The position numbers and the translations under genes are program-made. Positions 58,401 to 64,000 of a stretch of DNA of 64,000 bases are shown here, piece after piece (the stretch's first letter is position 1; each line of letters begins with the position of its first letter). Source of the stretch: Klebsormidium nitens (Eukaryota > Plantae > Klebsormidiophyceae); assembly GCA_000708835.1 (NCBI GenBank), contig DF237063.1:1-64000 (forward strand), written 5' to 3'. Below the pieces are notes generated by a model. That model had not been told where the DNA came from. It ran no database searches and saw only the letters and a list, made by a program, of their open reading frames with translations.

Positions 58401-61400
58401 TCACGCCAGCGAGGAGAAAGTAAGGGAGCATCGCCGATCTATCACAACGGCGTATCTCACCGTTCGACCGTCTGGCAGCGTATGGCTCTTCCCCCGAGAC
58501 AGCGGTCCAAAGTGGTCCCTATGAATATCGAGCGCTTCCGCCTTTTCCCTGTCGAATCTGTGGAGCGGAGACGGAAACCAGGATCACAAACAATCCAAGA
58601 GGAAGACCGCATCTGCAGAGCGGCCAATGTGGACAAAAAACCAATCCTCAAAAAAATCGAAAAGCCAAAGGGAGGAGTAGTTCTCGCCGGTAGACCGAAA
58701 GATGGACAGAGACGGATTGATTCTCGCAGGGGGAGCAAAAGGCCCTGACAGAATGGTATGGCCGAGGTATGGCCTGGTCAAAGCAAGGAATGAGCGGCCT
58801 CCAGTTTGCAATCTGGAGCTTTTATATTGCGAAGATTTCCATCTTCCTACTGTGTCCAATCAAATTACAAATACCCCACCGCTTGTGCGGGCTCCGATCG
58901 TACTTCTTATAAGGTTCTGAAGTTCCGTAGTTGCCGGGATCAAAACCTTCGATACCGGAGTGTTGACAGAAACCGGTCACAAGCCCCCCCGGCGCTCACC
59001 TCCCAGGTTTCACTTTTTCCGAAATGGCGTAGCCGAAGCAGGGGATGGTATGCTTGATGGCCCCCGCCTTCACGACTAGGTTAGCGTCCTCGAACACGTG
59101 CCACGTGCCGTCCGAGTCGCACACGATGTCCTTCCCCGGGAGCTCGTCCCGGTGGGGGAGGAGAAACTCGTCAATTCGCCGAGATCGCTGCTCCTGAGAA
59201 AGAAGAAGAGAAAAGGGCGGATCTGTGGACGGGGAAAGTAGCGTCGATCAAGTTCAGTAAAAAGAGGCCGTTCTTTTGAGGATCAATCGATGCCAGAAAC
59301 TCGTCGATGCCGCATGACAGCTGCTCCCGGAAAATGGGAGCAGAAACAAAGGGAGAATCAGGGGCGATTAGCATCTCCTTAGGCCTCACAAAGTGCGCCA
59401 CTTACTTCCAGGTACGACATTTCGCAAGGTGGTCATTGTGTCAGGACCGCTCTCCTAGCAAAGGAGAGGTGAATTCGACAAGTCGTTTTTTGTATGAATA
59501 GTAATTGGACAGTCTTATTTCGACTTCCGAAAGTTGTGAGAAGCCTGTTCCGGCTTGTCAGAACCTAGACACAACGCTCATTACTCAAATTAGCGGAGGT
59601 GTGTTGTCATGTTCTGGAATAGTGTATGAAACCGGGACCGGTAGCTCTCAGATCGGTGACTCCGGAATCGGAAAATCCAAAGAGCTCCCGGAAAGAAGAC
59701 AGTCATGGGTGAAAATTCGCGAACCTTGCAAAGGTGGCTCTGGATGTGCGGTCTCTCGCTATTCTCACAACACCTCGTCCGCACCCTACATACACTTAGA
59801 TTCTCAGCCCTAAGTCCCAAACCGCTGAACCTTAAACCCTCACCCGCTCGTCCGGCGGCAGCAGCTCGTGCACCGCGTACCCCGCGTCCACGCCTGCATG
59901 CGTCGCGCTCAGCAGAATCCGCAAAAAGTGGCGCAGCCCAAGCGGCCCGTACACGTGGACGGGCCGGATGTCGGCGTCCTTTCCCTGCGAGCGGAGCGCA
60001 GAAAGTTTGAACGTCGCGGTCGTCTTGTGCGCGACTACGACGTGGCAGAAAGTGAAGTATTCAAGATCTTGATTTCAGAATGATGGTGAGAAATTTCGGG
60101 CAGAGAAGATTGATTTAGCTGGGACACCTCAATCTCGTGTCGCTATATCTATATTCCGATGTCAGAAGTAAAAGTTCCAGATCTGTTTTGATTCAAGGAG
60201 TTTGCCCGTTTGTCCTAGATCACATGCAGAGGTCCAAAAGCGACTGGGCTGCCCATGGCTAGACCTTCCCGTCTGGGGTGGCCACGTCGAGATCGGACGG
60301 CTACGACAGGATTCAGCAATCGTGAACTTCTGCCTGGGGGTTGGACACCCCCAAGGGTCCTGGTATTCGCCGATGAAAGTGGAGCGTGACTTGGATTTAG
60401 GACGTCGTCAGACAATCTGGTCTCTACGGACCGTTAGGGGGAACGGTAGCTGCAGAGCCTACCCTGTATACGCTACCCAAGTGAGCTCTACGGATGAAAG
60501 ATGACTTGAGAGGTGCTGCGCTTCGTGGGAAAAAGACAGAAAAAGACAAGTGATTCGCTTGCCTGCGACGCGGCGCCCCGCGTGCGCAGCCCGAGGTAGA
60601 TGAGCATCGCCGCAAGGCCGTGCACGTGGTCCCCGTGCATGTGCGTGATGAAGATGCGCTCGACGGAGCCGAGGCGGAACGGCGCGCCGCGCAGGAGCTG
60701 CTGGAGGGAGCCGTCGCCGCAGTCGATCAGGAACGTGGACTTGTCTGCAAACGAGCGGAAAACAGTTTGAAGAACAATTTTTTTCCTGATTGTTGAAGAG
60801 CATTTGAAGAACATTTGAAAAACATTTTGTTCTGATTCGTATAAAAGACTTCTTCTGATCAATTCAGTGGTCGGGAACGTGGACTGTTTTGCTAGTGAGT
60901 GACAGCAAAGCGGAGGAAGCCGTCGCCCCAGTCGATCAGGAACGTGGACTTGTCTGCAAAAGAGTGGGGAACATGTTCCTTCGAAACCGCCTTCTGATTC
61001 TGTTGAAAGAATTTTGTTCGATTGTTTTCATGGTCAGAAACTTGGAGGAATTTGGTAGCGGGTGACAACCAAGCAAAAGAGCCGTTGCCGCAGTCAATCA
61101 AAAACGTGGACTTGTCTGCAAACGAGCGGAAGCCAGCGGGGGCCGATGAGTGTGCGAGTCTCCTGTATGTTTTGATGGTCACGAGTGCCAACTTGTCTGC
61201 AACAAGTGGATGCGAGCGGGTGGTGCACGAATTTGTGGGGGAAGAGTCGTCAAAAGTGGATGAGAAGTGGAGGGACCCGTCATCGAGCAAGAACGGGTAG
61301 CAATTCATCGAATTGACGTTCAACTTTAGCGGATTGAAGGGCTGTCCTGTAGTTGACTGGAAACCTGGACCAATCTGCAGGAACCAATGAGAAGCAGAAG

Positions 61401-63260
61401 CCTCTTCTGACTTGGCTTTGTAAAAGAGACGCATCGCGAATTGGTCGACCAACGACCATTGACCAACGACGAGGGTAATAGTGGACCAAGATTACGAACT
61501 TCTCTACTCAAATTGTGCGATTCGATTTCCCCCAATAAACGGGCCCCACTAGAAGTGCGAGGTCTTCCCCCGTCAGCAGGAAGACACGACGGCGATATAA
61601 CCGAGTTTCAAGCATGGCTTGGGCGACATGTCAGGACCTTTGCAAGCATAAGTTAAGAGGAGAGCAATCCTCGTTTCGCCTCAGATTTGGGGAAACCTCA
61701 AGCGGAGAGGCAATCTTTCCGAAGCTTTCATGCAGAGACTCGTCCGATTGCTGGCTTAAAAAAGTTCCTACGAGCGACTCTGAAAACGACGCAGACACCT
61801 AAGACCCACAACTTACAACGACAGCCACCCAGGACTTGAAAGCTCAAGACTTGGAAGCTCAAAACTTGGAGAACATCCAATGATGTAAAAACCTAGGATG
61901 ATCGAAATGGGGAGAAAGAAGACCCGCGCAAACTCCCTCACCTATGCGGACCGCTGTGCACGACATGTTTCGCCAGAGCGACGGGACGTTGCTCGAGGTG
62001 CCAAAGAACACGACCTCGAACCCCGTAAACTCAAACCCCTCCGGCCGCGAGTCCAGGTTCGGGGCATACACCGCATGTCTTGGGTGCGTGATCTCTAGGT
62101 TTCCATATCTTGACGTCAAATACTCGACAGGCGCTAGCAAGTGCTGCGCCGCCCGTGGCCAGTTCTCCGCTCTGGTTTGCCGCGGGGCGCCCCCTGAGCT
62201 TTGTTGGCTACCCCTTTTGGTTTTGACAACCCTGTTGCTAATGGAGGTGCTAGTGATGTTCTCCTTGGATTGCCGGTTGTCTTGACTGACTTGCTGATCT
62301 CCGTTCGTTGTGCCAGTCCCCTCAGCGCGCTGACCTTTTCTAGACTTTCGAGAGGCGTTGGAGCTCTCTCCTTGTGGACTTCTACTCTGACTCGGTCTTT
62401 GACTAGGTTGAGCAAGGACTGCATCAATCGTTTCCTGGGAGAGGTTTGGACTAGCGACATCACAGGCGGCAGGGGTGGGTAGACTGCGAGCTAGGTCCGA
62501 TGGAGGGGTGGTGGATTCAGGCTGCATATGTACTAAGGATGGGGAATGAGTGGGAGGATTATCTGACGGCTCTTCTGCCAACACTTGGGAAGGGGGACCA
62601 TGGTCTGATGAGGAATCTGAACTAGAGGCGGCAGCGGAAAGATCAGGCTGAGTGGACAATTGGGACAACGGAGCCAGACTCTCAATCGCATGGTGGGCGC
62701 TGTGACTGCTACTAACTCCAGCATTGTTCGCTTGAGTACCATTGAGATTCAACGCTTGCTCGACCTGCGGCTGGACCTCCTTGACAAAGCTTGGCGAGAC
62801 TTCATCTCTCTTTGCATTAAAACTGGCATCTGCGGGGGTGGTTGTGTGAGGAGGGCTAGAAGACCCCCCTTCGACTATGCTTTCCGGCTGGGAAATCGAC
62901 AAGGGGCTTGCGACAGACCCTTCGGACGGTACAACCTGGCGTCCAAATGCTGTGTCCGACTTTTCGGACGCCACCACCTCACCATCGGACGCCACTGCCG
63001 GACTTTCGGACGGCGTTTGCGAGAACCACCGCTGACCGCCAAGACTGTGCAAAGGATGGTAGCCATTGGGCCAGCCAGCTTCCCTGGCATAAGCCCCGGA
63101 TACTGCCTCTCTCGCGCGCCTCCGCTCGAGCGCTCCAGTTTGCAAAAGTGGTGGCAGTGTGGGTGCGGATGTTTGAACGAGCTTCTGGGGGTGGAGCTGT
63201 CGGTCTGTCAGCTGGCGTTTGACTGCGGAAGGTTCTGAGATTGTGGGTGTGATCACACCT
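55431..63260 (-). CDS. TRZ: Short-form tRNase Z (RNase Z/ELAC1, bacterial type) with a long Ser/Pro-rich N-terminal extension; 5' exons beyond 63260 unresolved
   Basis: Exons: 61942-~63258, 60563-60744, 59844-59984, 59000-59193, 58461-58557, 57905-57953, 57265-57399, 56276-56349, 55431-55637. Motifs: VVFFGTSSNVPSLWRN, FLIDCGDG, THMHGDHVHG (HxHxDH), VYGPLGL, KHTIPCFGY, the flexible arm FDREKAEAL...PDGRTIHPEDVVGPPRRGRKI, GDT, HEAT, GHST, LTHISPRY and AED. A further exon near 63390-63555 is phase-compatible. Confidence 0.9.
55700..55775 (-). repeat. Decayed copy of the tRNase Z last-exon acceptor + exon start
   Basis: gctgcag|TACCAAGTGGGTCCCAGCGTTGAAGCC (YQVGPSVEA), versus the functional YQVGPGVDA at 55637. 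Confidence 0.85.
57040..57215 (-). repeat. Two decayed copies of the 3' end + donor of the tRNase Z HEAT/HST exon
   Basis: On the + strand: ttcacaggcgggggagtggcccatttgaaatgcatcccgctctcgttcctcc and ctcacaggcggtggagtagcccatctgaaaagcaccccgctctcgttcctt. The functional sequence is ctcactggcggtggagtggcccatctgaaaagcgtcccgctctcgttcctcc. Confidence 0.9.
57468..57680 (-). repeat. Three decayed copies of the acceptor + 5' end of the same tRNase Z exon
   Basis: gt(a)cgtgtcgcc(c)a(g/a)aaca(a/g)ctgcggca...aaagg recurs near 57470, 57557 and 57641. The functional copy is at 57381-57410. Confidence 0.9.
59297..59345 (-). repeat. Heavily decayed copy of the start of tRNase Z exon 59000-59193
   Basis: The minus strand reads EQLSCGIDEFL versus the functional EQRSRRIDEFL. 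The acceptor AG is lost in the copy. Confidence 0.6.
59985..60562 (-). other. Non-canonical GC-AG intron in tRNase Z
   Basis: The exon ends TCGCAG|GCAAGC, matching the GC-donor consensus AG|GCAAG. Phase 0 joins GKDADIRP. No GT lies within about 10 nt of the site, and read-through reaches a stop at 60488-60490. Confidence 0.7.
60870..61205 (-). repeat. Three to four decayed copies of the acceptor + start of the tRNase Z HxHxDH exon
   Basis: On the + strand, aacgtggacttgtctgcaaa recurs at ~60942-60961 and ~61103-61122, with partial copies at ~60873 and ~61190. On the minus strand these read DKSTFLIDWGDG and DKSTFLIDCGNG, versus the functional DKSTFLIDCGDG. Confidence 0.9.
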
Positions 63261-64000
63261 GCAAGGGTGGTAAGAAGGAGTCTCAGCCAGAACCTTTTCC
63301 TGAAGGAGGAATCAACCCAGTAAGTGCTGAAAGAAGTGTACCAACTTCAAATTGTGCTCGAGGGAAAATCATAAGTAACATTGCTTACAAATTGGAGATT
63401 GAAGTGCTGCGCCAGCATTGGCGTGCTCTGCAGGCACGATAAGTGGTGGAACTTCCATCAGTCTGCATTGACAGAACTCTTGAGGACCTAAGTACAACCA
63501 CCTGGCGCCAAATATTGCCAAGAGGAGGGAGAAGAACATCTTGGTGATGATCAACTATTGGAGAAAAAGTTGATGGCAGGAAGGAAAAAGACAAAGTCAT
63601 GAGAACAAAAGGGAATGGAACAAATTAAGCCCTACCTGATATTTTGCTGCAGGTCTGCACCTTCCCTGACCAGGAACCTTGCCAGCCACTTGCTAACCTA
63701 CGCGATGCTCGCTCGCCGACCAGCTGCCCACTTGGTGTTGCTCCTTCGAGCAGCCTGCTCAGCAACCTGAAGGCCAACCCTGTACCCCGCTCCATTGGCA
63801 GATATGGTATTTGCACCATTCAATCATCCTACTTGGATCTGCGGAGTGCTGATCGAATGGTCCAGTGAGGTTCAATGGCAACTGTTGAAAGACGTCCAAG
63901 TTGAACCACACCATGCACTCGGTCGGAGCCTGGAGGTCCGCCTTTGCTTGGCTTTCGGCGTTCGCGCGATCTTTACACGGGGCGAAACAGATTGTATCTA

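Overview
Eukaryotic, intron-rich nuclear DNA from a green plant lineage. Gene content and gene structure suggest a streptophyte alga such as Klebsormidium; this is an inference, not something read from the sequence. Splicing by eye across GT/GC-AG junctions, with reading-frame phase checks, gives nine multi-exon genes: TT9/GFS9 (CLEC16A family, 20 exons, +), a 2OG-Fe(II) dioxygenase (+), an AAF-like senescence-associated plastid protein (-), a RING/TRAF-type zinc-finger protein (-), mitochondrial-type GUF1/LepA (+), SBDS (-), DHDPS (+), a divergent DUF151-like/UVR protein (+) and a bacterial-type short tRNase Z (-). There are also two intronless F-box genes (-): one intact and one broken by three frameshifts. 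A 193-bp TAA-flanked PIF/Harbinger-type MITE sits in a TT9 intron. The most unusual signal is a recurring pattern of 'exon-junction echoes'. These are decayed tandem copies of a splice site plus the adjacent 20-90 nt of exon, found in introns beside about a dozen junctions in six genes. In GUF1, AAF and the DUF151 gene the echo-versus-exon differences are skewed toward synonymous sites. No tRNA, rRNA or CRISPR array was found. All coordinates and substitution counts were made by hand.
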